Of a stretch of DNA of 64,000 bases, positions 19,842 through 29,993 are shown one piece after another. Location: contig NW_005434536.1 of assembly GCF_000315625.1 (NCBI RefSeq), positions 90,383 to 154,382 of the forward strand, given 5' to 3'. The notes under the pieces are model-generated. The model was not told the DNA's origin, searched no databases, and saw nothing but the letters and a program-made list of their open reading frames with translations. Position 1 is the stretch's first letter; each line of letters starts with the position of its first letter. The stretch is from Guillardia theta CCMP2712 (taxonomy: Eukaryota; Protista; Cryptophyta). The position numbers and the translations under genes were made by a program.

Positions 19842-20900
19842 TCACACCGGCAAGCAGGTGAGCGAAGACACCACCACCACATCCATCCCCGACCCATTGA
19901 ACACGGCGGCCTTGAGCTGGTCCTCGTTGCAGATCCCAAAGGTGGAGGAGACGTTGCCGAGCTCGCGGTTGAGGAGGGTCAGGATGCCCTCGGCGGGTCC
20001 CTGCCCGAACCCCTGCCCGGACAGCCTGCACTGCGTCTTCAGCCCAACCAAACCCGCGATGCCCTGCTGGACGGGGCAGCCGGGCGCGCCCTCCACGATG
20101 TCGCCGGGCACGCCGTAGCAGGCGATGGGCTGCGGGAGGCCGAGCACCAGGTGGCACTGCACCGGCGTCTCCTCCCTGACCGCCTGCTGCAGCCTGGGGT
20201 TGGCGGCGTGGGAGAGCACCGCGGAGGGGGCGTCCGGCGCGAGCATGGTGGTGGTGAGCGTGACGGAGCTGATGGGCATCTCCGGGTGCTTCCGCATGCT
20301 GACGTTCACCGTCTCCGCCAGCACGGTGCCGTCGAGCGAGACCGTCGACCTCCGCACCCTCAGCGACCCCTGCTCGCAGCCCTCCGGGATGCTCCACACG
20401 CCCTTGTGCACCTGCACGGAGGCGAAGCGGGTGCTGGTCCCCACGGTCGCCGCCTTGTCGCAGCAGAAGGAGAGCACCACGCTGGCCTCGGGGCTCTGGG
20501 CCTGGATGGCCCTGGAGGCGTACCGCCAAGCCTTGCCCAGCTCCCCGTAGGACCCCATCACGTCCGCGGCGTCCTGCTCGAGCAGCGAGCCCGAGACGAA
20601 AGAATTGGTCTTGAGGACAGAGGACGCCCTGCCCGCCACCTGCAAGGAGGGCCTCCTCTCCCCGCACGCCTTGATCGTCACCCCGTACAGCGCGAACGGG
20701 GACTCCGGCTCCAGGACCTGCACCGCGGGAGTGCACGACGCTGCTACCCCCTCCCGGTTCAGCTTGCTCGCCGTGTTGGAGGGCAGCCCCCCGCGAGAGA
20801 ACAGCCCTGCCATGTCCCGATGCTTGCCCCACGCCGACTCGAAAGCGCCCCACCTCGTCCGGAGATCCACCGAGGATGCAACCTGCGCGGAGCCTGACAT
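19842..20900 (-). CDS. hypothetical protein
   Basis: GC3-rich ORF; TATATAAA ~30 nt upstream of ATG 20900. Confidence 0.7.
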   Translation of the reverse strand: MSGSAQVASSVDLRTRWGAFESAWGKHRDMAGLFSRGGLPSNTASKLNREGVAASCTPAVQVLEPESPFALYGVTIKACGERRPSLQVAGRASSVLKTNSFVSGSLLEQDAADVMGSYGELGKAWRYASRAIQAQSPEASVVLSFCCDKAATVGTSTRFASVQVHKGVWSIPEGCEQGSLRVRRSTVSLDGTVLAETVNVSMRKHPEMPISSVTLTTTMLAPDAPSAVLSHAANPRLQQAVREETPVQCHLVLGLPQPIACYGVPGDIVEGAPGCPVQQGIAGLVGLKTQCRLSGQGFGQGPAEGILTLLNRELGNVSSTFGICNEDQLKAAVFNGSGMDVVVVSSLTCLPV

Positions 20901-20984
20901 ATACGTTTGATCAGGCGCCCGGGCTGAATTTATATAGGCTCGGGCCGGTCGCTCCCTCGCAATACACAACCCCCTTTTTAAGGG

Positions 20985-21701
20985 ATGCCAGGCTGCATCG
21001 GCGTCTTCGCCTCCGGGTGGATACGCGTCCTACGCCTGACGGGGCTGTACAGGGACGAGGAGGCCGTCACCGCGCAGGCCATCAACGGCCTGGTCGTCAG
21101 CATCGACCACCTGCGGGGCCAGGAGGACGCGCTCGGCAGCGAGCTGTCCGCCCTCACGCAGCAGATCAAGGGCAAGCGCTCGGCCGGCATGAAGGCCCTG
21201 AAGCCCCTCCTCCTCAAGTGCAAGCAGAAGCGCGTCCGCCTCACCCAGATAGTTCGCAAGCGCGAGTCGTTCGAGCACCACCTCGACGTTCTGAACAACA
21301 CGGAGATCGACCAGACACTCATCACCACCGTGAAACAGACGGCCACCGCCATGAAGAGTCTCGGGATACACAAGCAGATCGACGACGTCGACACCCTCAT
21401 GTCCGACCTCGAAGACTCCCACCTCGACGCCAAGGAGATGTCCGACCTCATGTCGTCCCGCCTTGGAAGGGAGGAGGACCTCGACGACGCAGAACTCGAA
21501 GAGGAGCTCAAGGCCCTCCTCGAGATCGACGAGGATGACACCGCCTCCTACCTCCTCCCCTCCGCGCTGCAGGCGCCACCCCGGAAACAGACCATGGCCG
21601 AAGTCCCCCAGGTCACTTCGAGCATGGTGTACGCAGATAATCCCAAGGAGGATTTGGAAGATGAAAGGAGAGTAGAAGTGCCTTTGGTACCCATAGCTTA
21701 A
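20985..21701 (+). CDS. ESCRT-III Snf7/Vps32 (CHMP4-like) protein
   Basis: Basic helical hairpin, then IDDVDTLMSDLED...EMSDLMS...DLDDAELEEELKAL, typical of the Snf7 family. Confidence 0.88.
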   Translation: MPGCIGVFASGWIRVLRLTGLYRDEEAVTAQAINGLVVSIDHLRGQEDALGSELSALTQQIKGKRSAGMKALKPLLLKCKQKRVRLTQIVRKRESFEHHLDVLNNTEIDQTLITTVKQTATAMKSLGIHKQIDDVDTLMSDLEDSHLDAKEMSDLMSSRLGREEDLDDAELEEELKALLEIDEDDTASYLLPSALQAPPRKQTMAEVPQVTSSMVYADNPKEDLEDERRVEVPLVPIA

Positions 21702-21741
21702 GCATGAGCATATTTATTTATATACAGACCTTGCCTGCTAA

Positions 21742-22242
21742 TCAGGGAGTGCAAAGGTAGTGTAGAGCATCGCTACAGCTCGAAAACCTTAGGTCGACGG
21801 GGAATTCATCGACGTAGCCCTCCGACTCGTGCTGGAGCCGCTGGATGTGACCCTCCGCCTTTTCCCCGTAGAGCTTCCTGAGCCTACTGAGCTGCTCCTC
21901 CTTCCCGACGTCCAACCTTACCAGCAAGAACTTCCGGTCCCGGAGCATCAGGAATTCATCCCAGAACCTCACATCGTCGATCACCACCCTCTGATCGGGA
22001 TGAGAGTCAAGCTTCCGCTCCATCAGCTTGATCCACACTTGATTGTCGATCTCCCGCATCTTCTGCCCAAAATCCTGTATCAGCGCACGGTCCTTGCCCG
22101 TCATGCCAAAGATCTCCCCTGCGTAGCGCTTGATGGGTTCGGCGAAGCTCAGCCTCTTGAAACCATGGTCCCACTCGAGGTTGGACGCCAGGGTCGTCTT
22201 TCCCGCGCACATCCTCCCGCAGATGGCGATTCTTTCATGCAT
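21742..22242 (-). CDS. deoxynucleoside monophosphate kinase (P-loop)
   Basis: IAICGRMCAGKTT, LSFAEPIK, QDFGQKMR...W, VVIDDVRF..E and HESE motifs. Confidence 0.9.
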   Translation of the reverse strand: MHERIAICGRMCAGKTTLASNLEWDHGFKRLSFAEPIKRYAGEIFGMTGKDRALIQDFGQKMREIDNQVWIKLMERKLDSHPDQRVVIDDVRFWDEFLMLRDRKFLLVRLDVGKEEQLSRLRKLYGEKAEGHIQRLQHESEGYVDEFPVDLRFSSCSDALHYLCTP

Positions 22243-22307
22243 GGGATAAGGTCCAGGAGAACGAAGTTTTGTGACCGAGGAGGTAAGGCTCTTGTTTTTT
22301 TTTTTCA

Positions 22308-22814
22308 TTAAACATTATCCATCTCCTGCGCCACCCTCTCCTGCACCCTCTGGGCGACGAACTCGTCGAGCATGAATTCGACGGGCTGCGGCAGGGCGAA
22401 GCTCGTTCGGTGAGGCTCGGAGATCACCATCTGCATGACGGAGCAGAGCTCCTGCCGCACCTTCAGCAGCGCATCCTCCCTGCTCAGCTCCTCCCTCTTC
22501 AGCATGGCGTCGATGTCATGGAATATCCTCGCAAGCTGCTCCACCAGAAGCGTGGACATCCTCCCTACCGACTCGTACACGCTTGTGATCCTCTCGTTAT
22601 GCTCGTCCCGCTCGACACTCAGCGCCAAAAATATCACCATTGACAGAAGCCACTGCAGGTAGCTCACCGCTGCCATAGTCTCGTTGCCCTCACCGGTGAG
22701 CAGAGCAGTGATGAATAGACCAGTGATCACTGTTATCGTGGCGGCCTCCAGTAAGTTCATGCCTTCGCCGCGCTTGCTCCCAGCGAGCATGGGCGAGCGA
22801 GGTGCCTTCGACAT
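22308..22814 (-). CDS. two-TM membrane protein
   Basis: Two hydrophobic helices followed by a helical domain; the start may be 22760. Confidence 0.65.
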   Translation of the reverse strand: MSKAPRSPMLAGSKRGEGMNLLEAATITVITGLFITALLTGEGNETMAAVSYLQWLLSMVIFLALSVERDEHNERITSVYESVGRMSTLLVEQLARIFHDIDAMLKREELSREDALLKVRQELCSVMQMVISEPHRTSFALPQPVEFMLDEFVAQRVQERVAQEMDNV

Positions 22815-22830
22815 ATTTTTGGATGCTTAG

Positions 22831-22968
22831 NNNNNNNNNNNNNNNNNNNNNNNNNNNNNNNNNNNNNNNNNNNNNNNNNNNNNNNNNNNNNNNNNNNNNN
22901 NNNNNNNNNNNNNNNNNNNNNNNNNNNNNNNNNNNNNNNNNNNNNNNNNNNNNNNNNNNNNNNNNNNN
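22831..22968. other. assembly gap (N run)
   Basis: 138 N characters. Confidence 1.
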
Positions 22969-23277
22969 CGTTAAACCGTTAATATTAACGGTTCTATATA
23001 TGTATATACATATATAATATACATATATAATATACATACTATATATGTTACTTAATATGTATAGTACTAATTAGTACTGTGTTAAACCCTGTTACACTAT
23101 ATACGTTAGTACTATATAGTACTAATACATAGAGCGTAACAGAGAATCACAGAGTACTAATTAGTACTATATACATTAAGTAATATATATAGTATATATA
23201 TTATATATGTATATTATATATATATAATGTATATATATACAACCGTTGAAATTAACGGTTTAACGGTTTAACGGTTT
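22969..23277. repeat. AT-rich ~300-bp imperfect palindrome with TAACGGTT iterons
   Basis: Perfect centre TTAGTACTATATAGTACTAA (23106-23125); mirrored AGTACTAATTAGTACT and AACCGTT/AACGGTT arms. Confidence 0.9.
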
Positions 23278-23486
23278 CCAGATTCTGGCCATAGGGGGGG
23301 GGCCTTTCCTGGGAGGCCTGGCTGTATAAGTATTATATAATTACTCAATTCAGTACCGGAAAGCACCCCACCCCCACATCTCCCATTCACAGGGAGTAGG
23401 GGTGGTAAACCACCCCTGTTTTTTTTTGTTTTTCTTGCTTCCCGCGCTCAAGCCCGTCGACTCCCGCGCCGCCGCTCCCTGCCGCT

Positions 23487-24242
23487 ATGGAGGGGAAGGA
23501 GCAGCCTATGCGGGTTGTGAGCTCGCTGACGGGGGAGAGCTTCCGTTCCCATGAGGTGTGTGTGATGTGCGGGGTTCTCCTCGGCACGGGGGACGGTCGT
23601 CGGAGCAAGACGGCGCGGACCTTCCAGTGCATGTTAGAGAACCGCTGGCGGGAGACTCCGTTTGTGTGGGCTTCGGTGAGAGAGGTGGCGGGGGCGAGGA
23701 AGGATCCCAACTACCGCCTGACGGCCTGCACGGCCTGCATCAACTGGATCCGGAGGTCGGTGCCGAGCAACGAGCACGCGGAGCAGAGCGTGGGGAAGCG
23801 GAAGGTGTATCTCCTGATCGACCGGCTGATCTGCTTCTCCCTTGCTCCCGGGGAGGTTGCGTGCCCTGACATGCGGAACATGAGGAGGCTGCTTTCCTGT
23901 CTCCTTGAGGAGAAGGTGGTAGGGAAGGAGCGGGTGGTGAACTACTACCGCGCCGCCGTGCTGCCCGAGCACCTGCGCCAGGCGCTGGAGGAGTGCGGCG
24001 GTGAGGTGAACTTGTTCATCCGGAGGGTGGTGCTGCGCTGGTTCAGGGATGTGAACAACAGCTCCCCGGTCTTCCGCCATCCCAACACCGCCTACATCGT
24101 GCGGAAGGCGCTGGGGTGGACGAAATGGGACACCTGCGTGCGGGTGTGTATTAAACGGGATGGCAATGAATGGGATGGCGAGGAGGACGAAGATGCAACA
24201 CTCGGGTGTGATGAGCTCGGGAGCCCCGGTGACGGCGCCTGA
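23487..24242 (+). CDS. hypothetical zinc-binding protein
   Basis: CVMC and CTAC pairs; GCCCGTCG motif 35 nt upstream. Confidence 0.7.
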   Translation: MEGKEQPMRVVSSLTGESFRSHEVCVMCGVLLGTGDGRRSKTARTFQCMLENRWRETPFVWASVREVAGARKDPNYRLTACTACINWIRRSVPSNEHAEQSVGKRKVYLLIDRLICFSLAPGEVACPDMRNMRRLLSCLLEEKVVGKERVVNYYRAAVLPEHLRQALEECGGEVNLFIRRVVLRWFRDVNNSSPVFRHPNTAYIVRKALGWTKWDTCVRVCIKRDGNEWDGEEDEDATLGCDELGSPGDGA

Positions 24243-24579
24243 CACTACCCTGGAGGTGTGCTGCGTGGGCATCACCGATCCGCAGTATATGCCCGAAGCG
24301 CTGCACGAGGTAGAGCGGAGGGTAAGGGCGGAGGCTTTGGCGGAGGCGGAGGAAGTGCCTTGCGCCGCGCTGGAGGCCGGGAGCTGGAAGGAGTTTCGCG
24401 GGAGCGCGCTGGCCTGGGCCCGTGGGTACCGTTCCTCTCCTCCCTCGGGCTGTGTCCTTCCGCATAACCTTGGTGTGGTCTCCTTCGTGAGTGGCATGCT
24501 ATCGTACCGCGTGCCGCAGGTGGAGGCAAGGGAGCCCGAGACGGGGAGGAAGAGGAAGGATTACGAGGAGGAGTGCTAG
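24160..24579 (+). CDS. hypothetical protein (start uncertain)
   Basis: Coding-like ORF filling the space before an AATAAA at ~24588. Confidence 0.5.
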   Translation: MAMNGMARRTKMQHSGVMSSGAPVTAPDTTLEVCCVGITDPQYMPEALHEVERRVRAEALAEAEEVPCAALEAGSWKEFRGSALAWARGYRSSPPSGCVLPHNLGVVSFVSGMLSYRVPQVEAREPETGRKRKDYEEEC

Positions 24580-24672
24580 TGTTTTCGAATAAAGTAAGGA
24601 TGTTTCGTCTCCATCACCCCCACCACCCCTTCTATGCATGTATATAAATCGCTTGCTTGCCTAGCACCCAAG

Positions 24673-27018
24673 ATGTCGGCCAGGATCCGCGTGCGTGCTA
24701 AGTTGTCGGGTGCGGCAGGGAGTGACGTGAAGGACGATATCTTGAATGTGAAGGGGGCGAAGATGCCCTTCGTCGGGGCGGTTCGCATCGTGTGCGAGAG
24801 GAAGGGCGTGGAGCACGACATCATTGAGCACGCAATGGCGTGGGTGGGCTGCCGGAACTCGTACTCGGCGGTGCCGCTGGGGGAGGGGCTGTTTGTGGTG
24901 TCGGGTGATCTGGCGGAGGCGGAGGTCAGGGATCTGCAGCTGATGGCGGTGGCGCCCGGCCCTTCCCCGGAGCAGCTGGCGATGATGGGCGCCCCGCCGA
25001 ACTCCAAGGACATCCACGTAGGGACGGGGAGGGTGCCGCTGCGTGGCCTGCTGGAAGTGTCCTGCGGGGACGTTGGGAGCGTCGAAGAGGATAAGCCCAG
25101 GAGCGCGCTGATGAGCATCGGGTACGACCCTGTCCAGCCCGACGTGGAGCTGAAGGTGCAGGCGGTGCCGCTGCCAGAGGGGATGCGGGGGAGGTTCCGG
25201 GAGATGAACCGGGCGGCGCTGCGGGCCTTCGGTGCGATGGAGGAGACGCTCATTCCCATGGGCCAGGACCGCATCCACCGCTACAACATGCGGCAGAACC
25301 TGATCTCGCAGCGCTTCTACGCGGAGCTGCTGCAGCGCGGGATCAAGCGGCACCCGGAGGGGGTGATGACTGGGTCGTTTGTGAGCAGCATCGGAAACAC
25401 GCTGGTGGATCTCCTGACGAACATGGATGTGATCATGCAGGAGAAGATCCGGCTCTCGAGGACGACGGCGCTCGACGCCTTCGGCATCACCTCGTCCCTG
25501 TTCCGGATGACGGGGTTGTCGTTCCACGACCGCATCGACGCGAGGTCGGCGGGCGACTGCCTGGCCAACGTCGGCGGGCTGTTCGCCTCGGACTTCACCT
25601 ACGCCAGCGACGTCAAACCCATGTTGGCGGAGAAGACGCCGCGGGACCTGAAGCCGATCATCGAGAGGGAGGAGGGTGATGGTTACGTCATCGAGGTGTA
25701 CGAAGATAGCGAAGAGCAGGAGAAGGTGCCCTCCTACGCAATGAGCGAGGACATCATGGTGCCGTTCTCGGACATCTACCTGAGGTCTGCGCGGGCGGGG
25801 GATGCCCTTGGAGCTTCCATCGGTGCCAGGATCAAGAATCGCACCCCCGGGGAGTCGCTCTTCAACCACCTGGACAAGAAGCGCCGGGGCTACATCGAGG
25901 GCCTGCGCCACGGGGACTGCGAGGACCTGGCTCACATGGCGATCCTGCAGTTCAGCTACATGCGCCGCTTCTGCGTGAGGCTGAGTAGCAAGTGCGGGGT
26001 GATCTACGACGAGTACCCAGACCTCGAACGCATGGAGCCGGAGAAATTCGCGGGCGTGGTGCTCGAGTCACTCCGCGGGCAGCCCGAGCTGAAGGACTGG
26101 ACGGATGACGAGCTCCGGGGCGTTCTGCGGCAGTGCGGGGAGTTTGGGGAGCACATCCATGACACCTCCATGCGGGCGGTGCTGATGACGGCCAAGGCGG
26201 CGAAGATGTCGGCGTCGGGCAAGCCGATGAACATGCACCCCGCGGGTCACTGCGCGGCAATGATCGTCCGCGGGAGTTCGAGTGTCAAGAGTGCTCCGAG
26301 CAGCGCCGTCGTCTCCTCCTCTGCCGAGAACGACCAGAGCAGCTACGACCGCATCCTGACGGAGCTGACGACGGCGGTGAGGATCGAAAGCTTCGCGGGA
26401 CGGGGGGAGGTGGTCGGGAAGCCGAGCGCCTACGTGTCGCAGAAGATCCAGGCGGCAGGAGGCCCGCCCACCCCGCTGACGGAGGCTGCCTTCTACAACC
26501 AGTGCACGATGCTCATGGCGCCGTCGCGGGAGATGAAGCCCTGGATGCACATCGGGAAGCTGGACGGCATCTTCTGGCACGTGGTGTCGACGATCGGGGA
26601 CACGATCCTGGTGAAGAACTCCGTCGCGGGGGTGCCGATCTCCGAGGCGGTGAGCACCTCCGACCCCTCCCTGCGCGGCATCAAGATCGACTTCACGGAG
26701 GAGGAGAGGAAGGAGACGCTCCTGATGGCGCGCTACGCCCTGCCCCCGATCGAGAGCAGCACCGCCCTAATCGGGAAGAAGCTCGACCGCCCGCTGGGAC
26801 GCTGCCTCTACGGCCCCGACACGATCCCCATCAGCTATGTCCTGGCTCCCAGCAAAACCGCGGAGGTCGCCGCCTGGGTGGGGCAGAACCAGGCGCAGCG
26901 CTACCAGGTGACGCTGGGCGGGAAGATCATCGCCGTCCACCAGATGAACAAGTGCGCGATGAAGGGGCTGCGCGAGAGCTTGATGAAGAAGGATAGGGTT
27001 AATTTTGTGAGTATTTAG
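24673..27018 (+). CDS. large protein with transglutaminase-like cysteine protease motif
   Basis: YASD...GDCEDLA (25912-25932) and a downstream GHCAAM His motif; TATATAAA at ~24641. Confidence 0.65.
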   Translation: MSARIRVRAKLSGAAGSDVKDDILNVKGAKMPFVGAVRIVCERKGVEHDIIEHAMAWVGCRNSYSAVPLGEGLFVVSGDLAEAEVRDLQLMAVAPGPSPEQLAMMGAPPNSKDIHVGTGRVPLRGLLEVSCGDVGSVEEDKPRSALMSIGYDPVQPDVELKVQAVPLPEGMRGRFREMNRAALRAFGAMEETLIPMGQDRIHRYNMRQNLISQRFYAELLQRGIKRHPEGVMTGSFVSSIGNTLVDLLTNMDVIMQEKIRLSRTTALDAFGITSSLFRMTGLSFHDRIDARSAGDCLANVGGLFASDFTYASDVKPMLAEKTPRDLKPIIEREEGDGYVIEVYEDSEEQEKVPSYAMSEDIMVPFSDIYLRSARAGDALGASIGARIKNRTPGESLFNHLDKKRRGYIEGLRHGDCEDLAHMAILQFSYMRRFCVRLSSKCGVIYDEYPDLERMEPEKFAGVVLESLRGQPELKDWTDDELRGVLRQCGEFGEHIHDTSMRAVLMTAKAAKMSASGKPMNMHPAGHCAAMIVRGSSSVKSAPSSAVVSSSAENDQSSYDRILTELTTAVRIESFAGRGEVVGKPSAYVSQKIQAAGGPPTPLTEAAFYNQCTMLMAPSREMKPWMHIGKLDGIFWHVVSTIGDTILVKNSVAGVPISEAVSTSDPSLRGIKIDFTEEERKETLLMARYALPPIESSTALIGKKLDRPLGRCLYGPDTIPISYVLAPSKTAEVAAWVGQNQAQRYQVTLGGKIIAVHQMNKCAMKGLRESLMKKDRVNFVSI

Positions 27019-27039
27019 TGTGTTTATGAAAATTCTTTT

Positions 27040-27396
27040 TTACTCCTCCCCCTCTCCTGACCTCTCCGGCGTTGACTGGACATCTCCTGCCGCTTCCATC
27101 TCCTCCACTGCCAGGATGGGGGTAAGCGCATATGAAATTTCAGGGACGGGAGCTTGGATGGGAGTTTCAGAGATGGGAACTTGGATGGGAGCTTCAGGGA
27201 CGGCCACGCGCTGGGAGAGAGTTGCGGTGCGCTGGAAGAGCGGTTGGGTGAGGGCCGGGAGGGAGGGGGCGGTGAGCACAGGGAGGGAGGGGGCGGACAG
27301 GTGAGAGGGGTGATTGTCGAGCGTCTGGAAGGAGTACGAGAGCGGGAGCGGGGTGAGTCCGACGAGGGCGGCAGCAAGCATGGTCACTGTCTTCAT
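27040..27396 (-). CDS. small secreted Pro/Thr-rich protein
   Basis: Signal-peptide-like N-terminus; TATATAAA upstream. Confidence 0.6.
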   Translation of the reverse strand: MKTVTMLAAALVGLTPLPLSYSFQTLDNHPSHLSAPSLPVLTAPSLPALTQPLFQRTATLSQRVAVPEAPIQVPISETPIQAPVPEISYALTPILAVEEMEAAGDVQSTPERSGEGEE

Positions 27397-27434
27397 CTTC
27401 TAGAGAATTACACCGTGGGAGTGTTTTATATACC

Positions 27435-28052
27435 CTAGGGTGTGGCTGTGAAGGCGCGCAGGATACCGTCACACACGGAGTTGAAGACGTCGACGACGAT
27501 CCCGTAAAGCTCCGGGGTGAAGACGACGAGGACGAGGTCCTTGGGGTGCGTCCTGACGTGCCCTCCGAGGAAGGATAGCGCGACCGGGAGGACCAGGATG
27601 AGCAGCTCCGTGGCCGTGCGCGCGATGCTCCCACCGACGATGACCCTCCTGCCGATGCCATCCAGCGTGGTCGCCATGGTGTAGAGCACGTGGATGTTGC
27701 AGAAGCAGCCGAGCAGCACCACCAGGCTGGGCTCCAGGGTGACCAGGCGGACGAGCAGCGCGGTGTACACCACCCACGCCTCCAGGAAGTGCATGACGTA
27801 CTCCAGTGTCTTCCCGTCGGCCCCCGAGGTGTAGACCAGGCTGGGCAGGAAGCACGCCACCAGGTGGAAGAGCGTGACGGCCGGGAAGAGGAAGGCCTGC
27901 GCTACCGTGAGGCGGTAGCTCTGGGCGGGGCTCTTGTCGAAGTGGAAGCCCCCCACCTCGACCAGGGTGGGAATGTAGTAGAAGGCCAGGCAGTAGCACT
28001 TCAGCAGCGTCGGGCTGCTGTTGTGGAAGGAGGGACGGCTTGTGACGGGCAT
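27435..28052 (-). CDS. multi-pass membrane protein
   Basis: ~6 hydrophobic segments, GC3-rich. Confidence 0.7.
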   Translation of the reverse strand: MPVTSRPSFHNSSPTLLKCYCLAFYYIPTLVEVGGFHFDKSPAQSYRLTVAQAFLFPAVTLFHLVACFLPSLVYTSGADGKTLEYVMHFLEAWVVYTALLVRLVTLEPSLVVLLGCFCNIHVLYTMATTLDGIGRRVIVGGSIARTATELLILVLPVALSFLGGHVRTHPKDLVLVVFTPELYGIVVDVFNSVCDGILRAFTATP

Positions 28053-28135
28053 CTCTGGGGAGAGAGGTGCGCGGGGAAGCGCCGCACGCGATTATAGGCC
28101 GCTGTTTTTTTTTGTTTTTTTTTACTGAAGGTACT

Positions 28136-28441
28136 TTAGTGAGTCAATACATGCCAAGCGAACATTGTCTCTTCCTCTCTCAGTCTTTCGTGATGGAGAA
28201 ACAATGCATGGTTCATGTGATTTTCATAATATTGGTGCATCGGGTTAGTGGGTTCGGTGCGTTGGAAGCCTTCGAGTGCCGTGTGGAACTCGTTGCGGAT
28301 GTTCTCGGTGTTGTAGGCACTTGGGATAGTGATGGGACTGGAAGTGGTGTGTTCCAGTTTGATCCCGCCCGGGATGTCGACGGGACGGGAGACGGTATGC
28401 TTGAGCACGATGGGTTCCTTGGATTCAATGATGATGAGCAT
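28136..28441 (-). CDS. hypothetical protein
   Basis: TATTTAAG ~31 nt upstream of ATG 28441. Confidence 0.6.
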   Translation of the reverse strand: MLIIIESKEPIVLKHTVSRPVDIPGGIKLEHTTSSPITIPSAYNTENIRNEFHTALEGFQRTEPTNPMHQYYENHMNHALFLHHERLREEETMFAWHVLTH

Positions 28442-28593
28442 CGGAGAGGTGATGATGGGGGTGGCATGCCGCTTAAATATTTCGTACCAGATATTAATAT
28501 CGAACTTTATTGCAGCAGTAGACCTTTCACTTAATCAAAAAATCTGCTTGATGGTCTTGTATTTAAACTGAATACGGTCAACATCATTCAACC

Positions 28594-28980
28594 ATGTTTT
28601 TCAAGATTATTGACTACGTCAAGGAAAACCAATCTGTCGCCGACTTCGAGTACGAACTCATGGCTTTGTACTACGGTAAGTCTGCTGCAAAAATCACTTT
28701 CAACGGAAAGCTCACTCAGAAAGAGAGAGAGTCCCATCTGCAGCATCTTAAGCAAAAGATGATGAAGGACAATGGCTTGTACCAAGCCTACCTCGAAGAT
28801 TACATTGCGTTCCAGCGCAACAAGGCCAACACCCTTCGCTGGCACACGGAGGATCCGAAGGTTCTCATGTACAGGAGTTATTGTGCAAGCGCCGAGTACA
28901 ACGCGTTCCAGGCACTCTGCGAGGGACGCCCCGTTGAAGACGTCGTGGTTGTCCAGGAGCAGCTCGTCTTGCCTTATTAG
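28594..28980 (+). CDS. hypothetical protein
   Basis: TATTTAAA at 28560. Confidence 0.7.
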   Translation: MFFKIIDYVKENQSVADFEYELMALYYGKSAAKITFNGKLTQKERESHLQHLKQKMMKDNGLYQAYLEDYIAFQRNKANTLRWHTEDPKVLMYRSYCASAEYNAFQALCEGRPVEDVVVVQEQLVLPY

Positions 28981-29042
28981 GTAATCGCAGTATAGACTTC
29001 CTAGATTGGTTCGGAATTATAATAAATCACCATTTCTTGTTC

Positions 29043-29597
29043 TCACCGGAACTCGTAGTTGACGTCGTACCTCAACAGTTCTCCCTCCACCTCCTCGCGG
29101 ACTCGTCTGGCTGCTTCCCTGGGGAACACGTCTCTGGGATTCTTGCTTTTGAACCTGTGATGGTACCCGGGAGCCATACCGACGCCCTCGAGCACGACAG
29201 TCTTGATCTGGGAGTTCTGGGTGAGGATGTGGCGGAGGGCGCTGGTGATGGTCCTGGCGTATTTCCCCACGATCTTGTAGCAGGCGACGTTGGCCCTGTG
29301 GCGGAGCGGGGCGATGTCCCTGAAGTCGATGATGCTTTGCTCATTGCCGCCGATGTAGGGGTGGCGCGGCGTCAGGATCCACTGGGCGGAGGCCAGGCGA
29401 TCACGATTGAGCTGGACCCAGGTCTCTGAGTCCGTGGAGGCAACCACCTGGGGGTTCGTGATGTGGTCCGCCGCCTCGTTGATGTAGAGGTTCAGCGCCC
29501 CCGGGGTTGGCACCCCTTTGAAGCTTGGACCCTTGCCGTGGACGTGCAAGGTGGTGTAGCACTGGGTGTATGCAAGGAAAGCCATGGGGCGGTCCAT
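29043..29597 (-). CDS. hypothetical protein
   Basis: GC3-rich 184-aa ORF. Confidence 0.7.
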   Translation of the reverse strand: MDRPMAFLAYTQCYTTLHVHGKGPSFKGVPTPGALNLYINEAADHITNPQVVASTDSETWVQLNRDRLASAQWILTPRHPYIGGNEQSIIDFRDIAPLRHRANVACYKIVGKYARTITSALRHILTQNSQIKTVVLEGVGMAPGYHHRFKSKNPRDVFPREAARRVREEVEGELLRYDVNYEFR

Positions 29598-29600
29598 GAT

Positions 29601-29993
29601 TCAGAGCCTTTTTTTATATTCGGATAAATACGCCTGAGCCTGAAGATCCTCCCAACCTAGCTTGGCGTAGAGCTCCAGGATCATCTCGGCGGATCGCCTC
29701 ATGCAGTCCCTTTCGGTTCCTTCATACTTGATGTGGTAAAGACAGTCGTGGATCTTCTCTAGCTTCTCGATGCTCGCCCTCACGTGGTACTTCAGCATTG
29801 GAAAGTTGTTGATCGCGTTTACCAGCATGCGGTAGAGCGGGATGGGGATGTTGTTCCTGGCAATCTTCTTCTCGATTCTCAGTGCCTCCCTCGCGTAGGG
29901 ATCTTCCAATTCGTTATTCTTGTTCAGAATATCAGTGTAGTGGTTCAAGACGTTCATATCATGATTCCACAGATCGATACAGCTCGTGGCCAT
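29601..29993 (-). CDS. hypothetical protein
   Basis: Coding part of ORF 29601..30191 from MATSCIDLW; the upstream part is an A/T-tract intergenic region. Confidence 0.7.
   Translation of the reverse strand: MATSCIDLWNHDMNVLNHYTDILNKNNELEDPYAREALRIEKKIARNNIPIPLYRMLVNAINNFPMLKYHVRASIEKLEKIHDCLYHIKYEGTERDCMRRSAEMILELYAKLGWEDLQAQAYLSEYKKRL

Noticed and set aside
19842-20900. Triplex or other virion-protein assignment
   Set aside because: The size is compatible, but I recognise no motif.
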